Both the position numbers and the translations under genes were made by a program. A stretch of 63,038 nucleotides of DNA, the filler included, from Basidiobolus ranarum (Eukaryota): the NCBI GenBank assembly GCA_040143965.1. It is 22 parts of 22 records of this genome, joined end to end, with 100 filler letters (N's around TTAATTAATTAA, not from the genome) between each part and the next. Parts side by side here need not be neighbours in the genome. Positions count along the whole stretch, not along the records: positions 1 to 2,783 come from JASJQH010009858.1; positions 2,884 to 5,665 come from JASJQH010009859.1; positions 5,766 to 8,546 come from JASJQH010009860.1; positions 8,647 to 11,427 come from JASJQH010009861.1; positions 11,528 to 14,304 come from JASJQH010009862.1; 17 more parts are not named here. One strand, 5' to 3'. Numbering within the stretch: position 1 is the stretch's first letter; each line of letters starts with the position of its first letter. Below are positions 1 through 12,646 of this stretch, one piece after another. The notes under the pieces were generated by a model that made no database searches, was not told where the DNA came from, and worked only from the letters and a program-made list of their open reading frames with translations.

Positions 1-267
1 CATGAAAGAATGGTAACTCTCAGGATGATCTCTGGGGAGACCGACGTACTCGTCCATGTTAAAGGTGATGACATTCTTGAAGGAAAGCTCGCCAGCCTTG
101 TGGAACTCAACTAGGCGTCTATAAACTTGTACAGGTGAGCCACCAGTAGGAAGACCGATCACAAATGGTCTCTCTTCAGTTGGGTTGAACTCCAAGATAC
201 GATGCTTAATATATTCAGCGATATATTGGCTCACTTTGGAGGCATCGTCACGTACAATAAGTCTCAT
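1..267 (-). CDS. NAG1: Glucosamine-6-phosphate deaminase, 5' part; runs off the contig edge
   Basis: Manual translation from the ATG at 267: [89 protein letters not shown]. It contains the GLPTG-SP and [10 protein letters not shown]...HPESY signatures. Absent from the ORF track. Confidence 0.96.
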   Translation of the reverse strand, partial: MRLIVRDDASKVSQYIAEYIKHRILEFNPTEERPFVIGLPTGGSPVQVYRRLVEFHKAGELSFKNVITFNMDEYVGLPRDHPESYHSFM

Positions 268-1132
268 GGTGAAGTGTGTAGAGGTGGTAGGAGTAGTATG
301 TTCTGAGATATATTTTTTCTGCATGGAAACATTTATATTCATCAACCTGAAGTTCGAATACTACAATAGTAGTACCAATACCAATTCCGAAACCATGGGA
401 ATTGGTTTATTTTACTATTTAAGGTAGTCTACAATAATTCGAAGGAAATCCATTGGCGTTGCTGTACCAATGGGAGAATAGAAAAGCATTAGTATCAGAT
501 ACTCGGATACCAATGATGCATGATGGTAACTCTATAGACCTAGTTCCCCTCAAAACAAACTACTATTGATCCGGAAATTGAGCCACTTTCCATTAATGAA
601 ATATCTGGTAAACTACTAGCAAGAATTCCAATGACATCCAAATGAGTATTGGTCAAGACAAAAAAGGTCATAGAAAACCGGTTTCCTCATGGACATCGAA
701 CTTCATACGAAGGAGCGTCTCGGTAGTTCTTATGATGCGAATGAATTTACCCAATCGGTATGGCATCCAATTTGTATCGGAAAATGAAATCAGCGATAGA
801 AGTGTATGGTTCTTTACAAACCTGGAGTACAATTGGATTCTCTTTAATTAAAAGTATCTGAATAGTAGCAAGAATAAAAGTGTTTATAGATAAGGGTAGC
901 TCCACTTTCACCATAATACATGAAACATAGAAAGAAGGATTCATTCGAAAAGTAAAAGGAAAGTCAAATAACTTTAATGTTGATTCGAAAAAAAAAATAA
1001 GACGAGAATTATGTCTCAATTGTGGAGAAAAAAGGCCAAAAAACTTGAGCTTGACATCAATGTATCTTGTGTATGATACATGCAATCTTACATTTGATTC
1101 ATGGCTGGTGTGAACTATGCAGAGCAGTCTTT

Positions 1133-2064
1133 TTAATTAGGTCTTTGTTCAGCTTCTAACTCCTCAACTTCTCCTTCATCCTCAACATAAGGCACCGTAG
1201 GAGCATCTGGTTCAGCAACTTGCTCCAATAGAGATGCAGTTTGCTCTAAACTCTCTCTAGCCCCGACATAGGGTTTGTCTTCAGACTCTACAGGCTCTTG
1301 TTTGACATCCCCGGAAGCGGCAATTGCCTCCTTGCCCTTCTTTTTGGCAGGAACATCCCAAGCATAGAGGGGAACGAATGATTCGAAGAAGCCTACGTCC
1401 TCGAATAAATTGGGGAAAATCCAGATACCAGGCTTGCAAGTCACGAAAGTAATAACGAAGAAGATTAAACGGACGATAGCGATCACCATAAGTAATCCCA
1501 AAAGTCCCAAGATAAAGACTGAGACATACCAAGCACCATCTCTCATAACCGGTGGCCATAATGGGAACATAACACCAATCAACACAATAGCAACAAGACC
1601 AATACCACCAAGAATGGTTTTCATCTGAGAACCTTCGTACAACCAGGCATAGTAACCCTCCTCTTGGAAGGTTTGCATGGGTACAATGGTGAGGTTACGA
1701 TCGTTACGTTCGCACTTGATGATCAAGCCTGAAGTCAACAACTCTTGCATCAGCTCTTCAGCTTCTTGACGAGAGGCTACCTTAGGACGTGACTTGTGAG
1801 CATATGAAGGGCGCAAAAGTGCGTTACAAGCACTCTTTCCTATTAGATCAAATAAAGAGGTCAATAATTGCCATGGTGAACATACACAATACTCAGAGAG
1901 AGTACATATCAATGAAAGAAAAAGTAAGGATGATACATACCTTTGAAATAGTTCACTCGTCTACCGTTGACTATACCTTCACGAGGCTTCATAGCTGAAG
2001 TCTTGGTGTTCAATAAGTATTCAGCAACTTTGAAATGCTCCTTTGGCACTGCTTCTGTATCCAT
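1133..2064 (-). CDS. SEC62: Translocon subunit Sec62; exons 2064-1941 and 1839-1133, about 276 aa
   Basis: Exon 1 ends ...GIVNGRRVNYFKG. A 101-nt GTATGT..TAG intron (1940-1840) keeps the frame. Sec62 motifs YYAWLYEG, MFPLWP and GIWIFPNLFEDVGFFESFVPLY; two TM helices and an acidic tail. Confidence 0.95.
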
Positions 2065-2783
2065 TTTGTATAATATTGAGGACTTTATCACTTGGAAGAA
2101 AACAAAGGATTTACTAAGAGATGATCAGAGTATTAAGTACTCTTGAAATTAAGCGAAGGTTGTCAAAATCTAACAAAAAGATATTCCTTAAGAAGTATCT
2201 TCCTTTACAAACCGCCAAAAACCACTCAAGTTTTATGCTAGATAAGTTGGGCTTTTCACACAGCCACCACGACGTCGAATTTGTTTGATCGTTTTCCACC
2301 CGGGTCAGAGAGGATTTCTATTTTTACATGCAAAATGAAGGGGAGGGGGGGATTTCAATTCGTAAAAAAGGGGATGTAGCTGTATAGGGGTTAGGTTTAC
2401 ACATAAGAAGTTGCCAACAAAGCGATACTAGCCAATTTCATAGATAATCATTGGCTATTAATGAAATCCTTCAACAACCAACCAAAGGACATTTTATCAG
2501 TCAATATATAGGATGCAAGTGATTGGTTTACTGGTAACATCCATCAATCATTCTAGCACCATCAGTGTTATATTGAGGGGAGTGTTTAATCAATGGGCTT
2601 TCAATCACCTAATCTTAATCTTGGGCTTTCAATGACTTAATCACTTTGGCACCAGCGGTGTCATATTGAGGGGAATATTTAATCCACATACTTCAATCTA
2701 CATACAGATCAATCACCATTCTGTGTCTAGTCAATATTTATTTACAGGAAATGTGGATGAGGCGCTTTAGCAAGGCTGCCCAG

Positions 2784-2883
2784 NNNNNNNNNNNNNNNNN
2801 NNNNNNNNNNNNNNNNNNNNNNNNNNNTTAATTAATTAANNNNNNNNNNNNNNNNNNNNNNNNNNNNNNNNNNNNNNNNNNNN
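2784..2883. other. Artificial contig linker (44 N + TTAATTAATTAA + 44 N); 21 copies recur about every 2.87 kb
   Basis: An identical spacer with stops in all six frames at every gap; contig lengths fall steadily from 2783 to about 2755 nt. Confidence 0.99.
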
Positions 2884-3702
2884 AAGTAGTGACCCACTTC
2901 CAATCCACGTGCCCGGTGTAATATCTACCACTGTTCCCGACAGCCCTAACAAGATTTTCATTGGTGGCTTACCTGCATACTTGAATGAAGAGCAAGTTAT
3001 GGAGCTCTTGAAATCATTTGGTGAACTAAGAGCCTTCAATTTAGTCAAGGACACAGGAACCGGATTATCTAAGGGGTTTGCCATCTGTGAATATGTGGAC
3101 CCTGACATTACCGATATTGCTTGTCAAGGACTTAATAATATGGAATTGGGTGATAAGAGACTAGTTGTACAAAGAGCAAGTATAGGTGCTAAAGTTGCTA
3201 CGCCAATTGTTGGAACGCTTGGTAGTCTTCCCATCCCTGCTGAGCTTATCCCTATAAACGCACATGCTTCTGAACCAACCACGGTCTTGCAACTCCTAAA
3301 TATGATCACACCGGAGGAACTTCAAGAAGACGATGAATATCAAGGTAACTTTCCTGCCAAACTCCAATACTTACAAAACGAAGAATTCTCAACAATTCTA
3401 AACTAGATATTTTGGAGGATGTGGGTGAAGAGTGTAGCAAGTATGGAAGAATCGTCGAACTTCGAATTCCGAAGCCAAATGAAGGGCAAGATGTTCCTGG
3501 AGTTGGCAAGGTACATCTACATCTTACTATCCGCCATATGGTATTTTGGTTACTTATTTAGTCGATATAGGTTTTTATCCAGTATGAAACGAAGGATGAA
3601 TGTAGCGTAGCCCTCCGCGCCCTAGCTGGACGCAAATTTGCTGATCGCACGGTGGTTGCGTCTTATATCACAGAAGAAAGGTTCCAGGCACAAGATTACT
3701 AA
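2884..3702 (+). CDS. U2AF2: Splicing factor U2AF large subunit (RRM2 + UHM/RRM3), 5'-partial; exons to 3344, 3407-3510 and 3571-3702
   Basis: VPDSPNKIFIGGLPAYLNEEQVMELLKSFGELRAFNLVKD; VLQLLNM; DILEDVGEECSKYG; GVGKVFIQY...LAGRKFADRTVVASY. Two GT-AG introns (3345-3406, 3511-3570). Confidence 0.96.
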
Positions 3703-4800
3703 CTATGTAAACTTGATGTGCTTTCTCTATGGGGATCAATAGCGAAGTTCAAAGCCTCGATCTTCTCAAATACTTCAGGCATATTTAGTTTCTAACCAGA
3801 ATTGATTACTAAATTCATACAAATAACCCAAATATTTAACCTAAAAACAACGAATAAATATGCAGGAGAACGGATACATAACCTCAGTTATATAGGGCCA
3901 CAGTCGAAATGTTTGTATTTTTCTCTTTAATCATCTTCGATTTCTGGTTTAACTAAGGTCTAACTAACTTCTTTGGTTCATCAAATTTTCAAGTGAGAGC
4001 AGTTTCAATGTGAAGATTGGAAGAAGCGCGGCATCTGAAAACTCCTACTCGTTGTGCTGGAGGGTATCAAAAGGCGTGTTTGTCCTTCTCGGAAAGAAAG
4101 GATGTTGCTGTTTTCGTGACTCACATCGTACGTTGCTTGAGCGCTTAAATTTTACTATATCTCTCTCTGTGATTCCAAGCATCACACTTATTGAACCGTA
4201 TTAGAGAATTTCGAAATACTTTACCTAATAAAATCGGTGCTCCAGGCATGAGTAGCGTATCGCAAGCTTCGTAGAGGATCCGAATTATCTCCTTCTTTGC
4301 TTAAATCTAATTACTCTAACGAATCAAAGCTTGTAAATATGCTTTAGGCACAGAGGGGAAGTTTGCGCTAATTGACCTATCGGGCTTTTGACTTCGCATT
4401 GAGATATCTAATAGGAAATAAAATATGTATTAGATATTTACGCATTATGATGAGCATCCGAAATTCCACTACGGAATATAAATGATACTAAACTTGGATT
4501 ACTATTGTGAGGTATTTCTTATCTTTGAAATCAATTATGGGTATTCTCTAACACGAGTAAATATTACTTTTGTCATACTAAACGGTATGCATTACACCCC
4601 TTGTTTGGGTAATAGCGTTGAATATATTGATTGTTCCTAGCACTGTTGTCGAATTACCAGTATCGTAGGCCTGTTTACTACCTACTGTAATTTTTAACCT
4701 TCTTTCTCTAACTAAACTAAATCTAACCTAAAGAGATCGTCACAATATAAACCCAATAATTTTAAAGTAGTTACTTTGTACTATACCAAATTATCTTTCA

Positions 4801-5595
4801 ATGACTTTAGGAACCATTCTTGATAGTTGCATGAAATTAGCCATGGTCATTGGACCTATTGCTGGTTATGTAGATCAGTATTTTGCCATTCGGCGTACTA
4901 AAACTAGCGCTGGTTTTAGTCTCACCACTAGTGGCATTCTGTTGGTATCAAGGTACAAAGACTAATTACTTATTTCCTTTTTACCTCTACTTAATCATAT
5001 ACAGTATTCTTCGAGTTTTCTTCTGGCTTGGGGACCGTTTCGACATAACGTTGTTATATCAAAGCTTAGTCATGATCATTGCACAACTAGTATTGTTGGA
5101 AATCTGTCTACGATACAGAACCGAGTCGCAATGGCCGGTACAATCCAGCTTTTGGAATTGGCCTACTTTTGGTCAATATGCTCGCTTCTTGGTTACATTT
5201 ACTGGTGGCGTAACTTTAGGATACATACTTCTCGGCTCATTTCAGAGTTTTATCGATGTTCTTGGGTATCTATCAATGGGAATTGAGGCTACTGTTCCTA
5301 TACCACAGGCCTATTTTAATCACACCAGGAAATCTGTATCGGGATTCAGGTAATATGAGGTATAGTTAAAGACCAGTATTTCAAATTCAACTAACTACGA
5401 ACTCTTCTACTTGCTAATAGTACTGTCATCATTGGCACGTGGTTTTTGGGCGACGCATTCAAAACCCAATACTATTATTTCCACGATGTTCCTTTTCAAT
5501 TTCTTTTGTGTGGAATTATTCAACTCTCAATGGACTGTGTCATATGCTTTCAATTATGGAAGTATTCCGAAAACTCCAAGGTCCGTTCACTTTGA
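4801..5595 (+). CDS. PQ-loop repeat membrane protein (PQLC1/SLC66A2/Any1-like); exons 4801-4952, 5005-5349 and 5421-5595
   Basis: MVIGPIAGYVDQYFAIRRTKTSAGFS; ILRVFFWLG; LLYQSLVMI; EATVPIPQAYFN..RKSVSGF; WFLGDAFKT..Y; PFQFLLCGIIQL. Both introns are GT-AG and keep the frame. Confidence 0.9.
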
Positions 5596-5765
5596 TATGT
5601 TTCTATCAGGAGTTGCGTTCTGTCTAGCGCCGTCACATCCACTTCTGTGCCTTGTAGTCCCGAGGNNNNNNNNNNNNNNNNNNNNNNNNNNNNNNNNNNN
5701 NNNNNNNNNTTAATTAATTAANNNNNNNNNNNNNNNNNNNNNNNNNNNNNNNNNNNNNNNNNNNN

Positions 5766-8546
5766 TTACAATCTCTTCACCAGCACTATTGCTGAAAAGG
5801 AACACATATGGGAAATTGCTCAATGCTTCATCATTACTTGAGTTAGTTTCCAGCATGTTAATGCTTTCCAAAGTGGATAGTGGATTGCTAGACTGCTCAA
5901 TAGTTCAGTCCTCCATTCTTGCTGGTTTTTTTCCTTTTGTGCCAGCAGGCTTTGGCTTCAAAGCTAGTTTTGATTTAGATTTTGAATGCTTTTGAATGGC
6001 ATCGGAACTTATAGATGGTAAACTTGGTGTAACAAAGTTACTTAGAAACAGCTTATAATAAACCAAAATTGCCATCCATTACCAGAAGTATCTTGTAAAT
6101 CCCCTGATGACTCATCTGTGGCACCATCTCACAATCAGCTGATACTATTGATGGGCTATACCTAAAATACCACCGTTACATAGGAGGTGTTGGTTTTCTA
6201 CAATATTCTTGTACTGCCACATCACAAAAGTTTAAAGAAGCCCTGGTATTATCGTCACAAAATCTTGTGCTATAAAAGCTGGAAGCTTCATAGAAAAAAT
6301 AATCACAATCATGGTCATTGTACAAAGCCACCAGCTGCACAAAGCCTGGTGTAGAGCAACAGTAATAAGTGCACTAAATCAACTTTAATTCTGCCCATTC
6401 AGTCCACTGATTGTACTTTGCCTCAAAGCTTTGGTAACACTGCTAAAAGTCAAGATACTGTGGAGTTACCACATATATGTGTTCAGAATGATGTAGGTAG
6501 AAATGCAACTTTGCTCAAACCAGTAAGTCCTGACAACTTGGAGCACTTGCTACTAGATGTTAATCTTGGTTATTACAGTACTGATGGTAGTATATCAGAA
6601 GTTGAAGAAGCAGACAATGGTTTTGTTATGGACTCTTTGTTATTAGCAAACATTAGTCCACTAACAACACTTACTGTGGAGGAAGCAGCTTTGATTACTG
6701 AGGAGTGGAGAGTTCAATCCAATCTTAGCAACCAGGTGTTTATTTGTTTTCTTACACTTTCACCACAGTTGATTGGCAACTGATGATTGCAATAGACCTA
6801 GTACAAGTGGAAAACACTTGTCAATTGTATGACTTATAATCCTTCAGCAATTAAACTACCTTCATGTTCAAATGGTTGTTTAGCTTTCACTGGTGATCTG
6901 AAAAACCTGAAGTCATGTACTGTTTGCATACAATTGGCAATCACTGATCAGGTACATATTGCTCATATTTGACTTACTTACCATTGATTCCCCATCTTAA
7001 AGTTTTGATGAAATCACCCAAATATAGATCATTGATCCAATACCAAGTACTCACCATAAAGCTGATTGTATTACCAACACACTTGATGGATATCACTACC
7101 AAAATCTGAAAAGTCAAGGTTTCTTCAAGAACACATATGATTATGCATTTGCATTGGCTCTGGATGGTTTCTCACTAAACAAATATACCTTTGGAAAGGC
7201 TTGCTGGCCAATAATTTAATCAACTTAAATCTTCCTCCTTCGGAATGTTATAAAAGTCATAATATTTGGACACTATGCACCATATCTGGACCTAAATCAC
7301 CAGTGCTTATAGATAGCTTCTTGGAGCCTTTGATTGTGAAATTTGAATGGTTATCTAATTGGGTTTGGATGGGTGAATATTTTATTAAAGCTAATATCAT
7401 TGTATGTATTGGTGACACTCCTGCCATCAGTAAACTTGAGGCTTTCATGGGCACAATGCACTATTATGCTGTAGATTTTGTCAAATCAATGGAGTTTACT
7501 CTAACAGGCACACACATTACTACTATCTAAATACAACACTAAACTCCATGATTTTACCATGAAGAGCCCAGTCAGATTTCAACATGATCACTGATAAAAA
7601 TCACCAAATAGTCAGTCTTACATCAAACTTGGTATTAGCCATAAGCCTAAGATTATATTGCTAAAGGTGATCAGCTGGAGCCAGTGCTTCTCATTAGGCA
7701 CTATCACTTATTATTCAACAACATTCCAATACTACTTACTCAGCTATGTAGTGAAAAATTAAATATGAATGGACCACTCAAGATAGGATCAAAGTTTGAA
7801 TCAATTGGAAAAATGCTTGAAAAAGTCAAGATACCATCATATTTTACCAGGACCCCAATCACTATCCACTCATCTTGGTATTTATTCAAATGCACAAGCT
7901 GGAAGTTTTGTATTAGTATATGTTCAAGTGGAATCTTGAAAAGATATCTGCCTGATAAGTATTGGCAATATTGGGAGTTGATTGTTATTATTGTTAATAT
8001 ATTCTTATGGCATCAACTAACATTGGCAGATCTCAGGCAGATACAACAACTGTGCAAAGATTTTGTAATTGAATATGAATAACTTTATTACAGGTTTAAA
8101 GAAGATAGACTGAATCTATGCTGGTATTCAATACATTCCCTGCTGCATCTTTCACAATGCTTAGAGATTATAGGCCTGTGCTATACATTCTGGGAGCTCC
8201 CAATGGAATGCACCTGTAGTGAAATGGTACACCATGTGAAATTGTCAGTATTACCTTTTGCTAATCGGATTAACAATGTATCTGCAAAATCAGTGATGAA
8301 TGTAATGTAATGGGTTAAGGAGACTCCAGAATATATCAACCTTCCAACAAAGGGCTCTTTTCAAAGTGCTCATGGGTTTTTGCATTGTTTGAGCTCAATA
8401 ACAGCAACAAAACCCAATCTATGGACACAGAGTAAGTACCTCTATAATTTGGACTAATTTGTTTGTGTGATAATTGTATGGTATATTTGGGAAAGCTGCA
8501 AGACAGACTTCTTGGTGTGATAGATCAAGATACACAGTATTATTGT
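5766..8546. mobile_element. Decayed CACTA/CMC-type transposon, central part: ORF2 5' end (minus, below about 6075) divergent from the transposase (plus, about 6418-8546)
   Basis: Plus-strand fragments give CSNGCLAFTGDLKNLKSCTVC, ALALDGF, NLNLPPSECYK, ISGPKSP...FLEPLI, IGDTPAISKL, CRFC, HLLFNNI, HSLLHL and FWELPMEC, typical of Transposase_21 (PF02992). Many stops and frameshifts. Confidence 0.85.
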
Positions 8547-8829
8547 NNNNNNNNNNNNNNNNNNNNNNNNNNNNNNNNNNNNNNNNNNNNTTAATTAATT
8601 AANNNNNNNNNNNNNNNNNNNNNNNNNNNNNNNNNNNNNNNNNNNNTCCATCTCTTTAGTCTAAAGGCACACTTTAAAGTTGTCTTTAACAGTTTCTTTC
8701 AGTGAAGGGTATATCTTCTATTGATATCTTTAAGCTTCCAGTAAATATAAATTCAGCCTAGCTGAAGATTTGTAGTGGAATATTAGTCTTTTCATTTTAA
8801 AGATTGATAACACACCCCCATTCCACACT

Positions 8830-11230
8830 ACAATGGCAGCTTCCTGATGGTATTTTGATGGTATTCATACATGTTAAAATATTGATCCTCATATTTGGTG
8901 TGCTTTATTTAATTTCTGGCAATTTTTGCAAAGATCTAATTTTTGAATGGCAAATTACTGGGTTTACTGCTGTAGGAATTTGAATTAATATGCATGCCAA
9001 CTGAACAACATCAATATGCTTTACCACCAAATCAATGAGAGGAAAATTGCAAAGGATCTGGAATTTTGAATAGCACTGACACATGGTAAATAGCTGACTC
9101 TTGCAACTGTTCATAAGGAGAACAAGCTCTTGGATTTCAGCCAATTTCCACAAAGAATTGAGCCAAAATATCCCCAACTTGCAGTCAACAAATATCATGC
9201 CACAAGTAGATGTGTCATTGCTTGAAGAGATTATCCCATAGCTAAAACATTAATACTGCATATCCTGATCTATCACACCAAGAAGTCTGTTTTGCAGCTT
9301 TCCTAAGAATACTGTCTGATTATCACACAAACAAATCACTCCTAAATATAGAGGTACTTACTCTGTGTCTGTGGATCAGGTTTTGTTGCTGTTATTGTGC
9401 TCAATCAATGTAAAAACCTGTGAGCACATTGAAAAGAGCCCTCTGTTGGAAGGTTGATATACTCTGAAGTCTCCTTAACCCATTGCATTACATCCATCAC
9501 TGATTTTGCTTATACATTGGTAATCAGATTAGAATATGGTAATACTGACAATTTCACATGGAGCATCATTTCAATGTAGGTGTGCTCCACTTGGAACTTC
9601 CGGAATGTATAGCAAGGGCCTATGATCTCTAAGCACTGTGAAAGTTGCAGCAGGGAATATATTGTTGAAGTCTATTGTCTTTATTATATATGTTACCTCT
9701 ATCTTTATATACCTAACTATCTCATATATCACATATAAGTTAGCTAATATTACTTAGGTAAATATCACTTAGCTCAAAATTGGAACATATATTATATATA
9801 TATGCAAATAATGTGAGAATTAGGAATTCCATATTGGAAACTTCAAACTTATCTAAATTGCCCCAAAGATAGCTTATTTTACTCCCACAGATGTTCTGAA
9901 CACAACCCCAGTGTTAGTTTTGTGTATTTCCACCAAAATGTATAAATGCTATATTTATGGACAATAAATAATTATCTCACAAAGTTACTCACAACTTGAC
10001 TTTTCTAAAGTTCCTCCAAACAGCCCATAATTTCTCAATATCTATTGACTACCAGCATAGATTTAGTCAATCTTCTCAAACCTTCAAAAAGTTTTCATAT
10101 CCTATTACAAAATCTTTGCACAGTTGCTGTATCTGCCTGAGATTGGCCAATGTGAGTTGATGCAGTAAGAAGATATTAACAATATCCACAAAAACCCCCA
10201 ATGTTGCCCATACTTATCAGGCAGAAATCTTTTCAAGATTTCATTTCAATACATACAAATTCAATACTTTCAGTCTTTGCATTTGAATAAACACATAGAT
10301 GAGTGGATACTGATGTGAGTCCTGGTAATATATGATGGTATCTCAACATTTTCAAGCATTTTCCAAATCAATTCAAATTATGATCCAATCTCAAATGGCT
10401 CATTCATATTGAAGTTTGTACTACATAGCTGAGTAAGTAATGTTGGAATGCTGTTGAATAGTAAGTGAATAGTGCTTAATGGGATGCTCTGGCTCCAGCT
10501 GTTCCCCTTTAGTAATATAATCTTTGGCTTACAGTTAATACCAAGTTTGATGTTAAACTAACTATTTGGTGAAATGATATAAGTGATCATATTGAAATCT
10601 GACTGGGCTCTTGATAGTAAAATCATGGAGTTTAGTTCTGTATTTGGATAGTAGTAATATTTATGCCTGATAGAATAGGATCCATTGATTTAACAAAATC
10701 TACAGCAAGATAGTGCATTATCTCACAAAAACCTCCAAGTTTACTAATGGCAGGAGTGTCAACAATACATACAAAGAGATTGGCTTTAATAAAATATTCA
10801 CCCATCTGAACTCATTAGATAACCATTCAATTTCTGCAATCAAAGGCTCCAAGAGGCATTCTATCAGCACTGGTGATTTGGGTCTAGATATGATGCACAG
10901 TATCAAAATATTAGGACTGTTTTATTGTTTGGAAGGAGGAAAATTTAAGTTAATTAAAATCATTAGCCAGCCAGCTGTTCCAACATTATATTTGCTTGGT
11001 GAGAACCATCCAGAGCCAATGGTAATGCATGATCATACATGGTCTGAAAGAAATCTTGACTTTTCAGATTCTGGTAGTGATATCCATCAAGTATATTGGT
11101 AATACCATCAGCTTTATGGTGAGTACTTTGGAATTGGATCAATGATCTATTGCTGTGTACCTTCATCAAAACTTTAAGATGGGGAATCAATGGTATATAT
11201 GCCAAATATGAGCAGTATTTACCTATTTCA
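8830..11230 (-). mobile_element. Decayed CACTA-family transposase copy, interrupted by a solo LTR
   Basis: Reverse complement aligns by eye with 6950-8546 and 37388-38200 (YIPLIPHLKVLMK..., LALDG, PKSPVLIECLLEPLIAE). Confidence 0.85.
9663..10040 (+). mobile_element. Solo LTR, Copia family 'LTR-C', 378 bp, TGTTG...CAATA, with 5-bp TSD TATAT/TCTAT
   Basis: Homologous to the LTR at 52935-53310. Removing it plus one TSD restores the transposase sequence GGGAATATATTGACTACC. Confidence 0.85.
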
Positions 11231-11321
11231 ATGGTTGCTATATATTTAAACCAGAATTCACAGTTTATACCTAGTAAGTTGTAAATCAGGAAGAATCTGC
11301 TTTGAAATGATATGTGACTTT

Positions 11322-11427
11322 TATTGGGAAAATATGGGCTGTTTGGAGGAACTTTAGAAAAGTGGAGTTGTGAATAGCTTTGGGAGATAATTATTTATTG
11401 TCCAGAAATACAGCATTTATACATTTT
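11322..11427 (-). mobile_element. LTR-C 3' end fragment (other copies at about 14480-14825 plus and 45780-45888 minus)
   Basis: TATTGGGAAAATATGGGCTGTTTGGAGGAACTTTAGAAAAGTGGAG is the reverse complement of the LTR-C end. Confidence 0.8.
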
Positions 11428-12412
11428 NNNNNNNNNNNNNNNNNNNNNNNNNNNNNNNNNNNNNNNNNNNNTTAATTAATTAANNNNNNNNNNNNNNNNN
11501 NNNNNNNNNNNNNNNNNNNNNNNNNNNAATGATCCTGTGTTGCCTCTATATCTTCAAATTATCATGTGTTGCCTCTATATATTCAAATCAGATAGATAGG
11601 ATTTATCTTTGTTAAGTTTTCTCAATCAACGAAAGTATTCCGTAAACGAGACTAGCAGAAATATATGAGACTAGCAGAAATATATCCATGCATTTGTACG
11701 TGGTCTGAATTGCATGTGTATGTGGTCTGTGTTGATATTAACCGGTACTAATATTTGACCCTTGAATGTAATCTATGCACCATGTAATTCATCCACCCAT
11801 TATGATCATAGCTGATTATTCCCAAGACAGCGTTTACCAGCATAGAAAGATTCTGGAAATAGTGGTTTTATTAAACTATTCTCGGTAGATCACACTTGGT
11901 CTGTTTCCGTCCAAAATCGATAATTCTGGCTACTGACAGGAACCATCTAATCTGGACGCTAATATGACTTAAATAGGATAGAAAATCGTTGTGGCTACAG
12001 TGTCGGTATTTCGCTTTTTTACGATTGATCCAATAATCCTCATAAGGGGTGACAGTTCTAAAGAAGCAGTATACGCGTAAGACGTCTGTTGAGGCCAGAT
12101 AGATCACCTGCAACAACAAAATAGCCTCTGAGATAATCCAGACATATGCACTATATCGCTACCGATTTTCCTTTAGACATGACGTGCTAGTGCCGAACCA
12201 CGGTTGATTTTGTCACAGGCGATGTATGATGATGCTGCCATGTTGAAGCAGCCAGAACCTTAATCAACAGATGATTAAGGATGCTCCCAAGCAACATAGT
12301 ACATAGGTATCATGTGGTTAGATGAGTGACATGTAAAGAATCATTTCACTGATTGGTCGAATAAATCATTTGGAGCGCTCAACTTACCAGTCCTAATATC
12401 ACTTGAAATAAA

Positions 12413-12497
12413 GATACGAAACAACGATGTACACACAATGATAGGAAACAACGATGTACATACAATGATACGAAACAACGATGTACACACAATGATA
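12413..12497. repeat. 27-bp minisatellite, 3 copies (GATACGAAACAACGATGTACACACAAT)
   Basis: Direct inspection; units differ by 1-2 mismatches. Confidence 0.9.
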
Positions 12498-12607
12498 AGA
12501 ATTGGATGGATTTGCTTTTTTCGCGACACTTCTTTCTCGGTGAGTTGGCATTAGAAATATAGGAGAAACTCTGCATTTATGATTTGACGCTTAGGGTTAG
12601 GTAAGCT

Positions 12608-12646
12608 ATGCACCTGATCTATGCACCTGATCCATGCACCTGATCC
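12608..12646. repeat. 13-bp tandem repeat, 3 copies (ATGCACCTGATCY)
   Basis: Direct inspection. Confidence 0.9.

Noticed and set aside
185-1085. Short ORFs listed here, and the many 60-110-aa ORFs antisense to real genes or TEs elsewhere
   Set aside because: Shadow or chance ORFs, many with non-ATG starts and no motifs.
2784-2883. Regularly spaced TTAATTAATTAA palindromes every ~2.87 kb
   Set aside because: These are artificial six-frame-stop linkers inside N runs. ORFs running into X residues and any gene neighbourhood across linkers are artefacts.
4010-4410. GC-richer stretch between U2AF and the PQ-loop gene, as an ncRNA or small spliced minus-strand gene
   Set aside because: No snRNA, snoRNA, RNase P or MRP box is recognisable and no coherent spliced ORF could be built.
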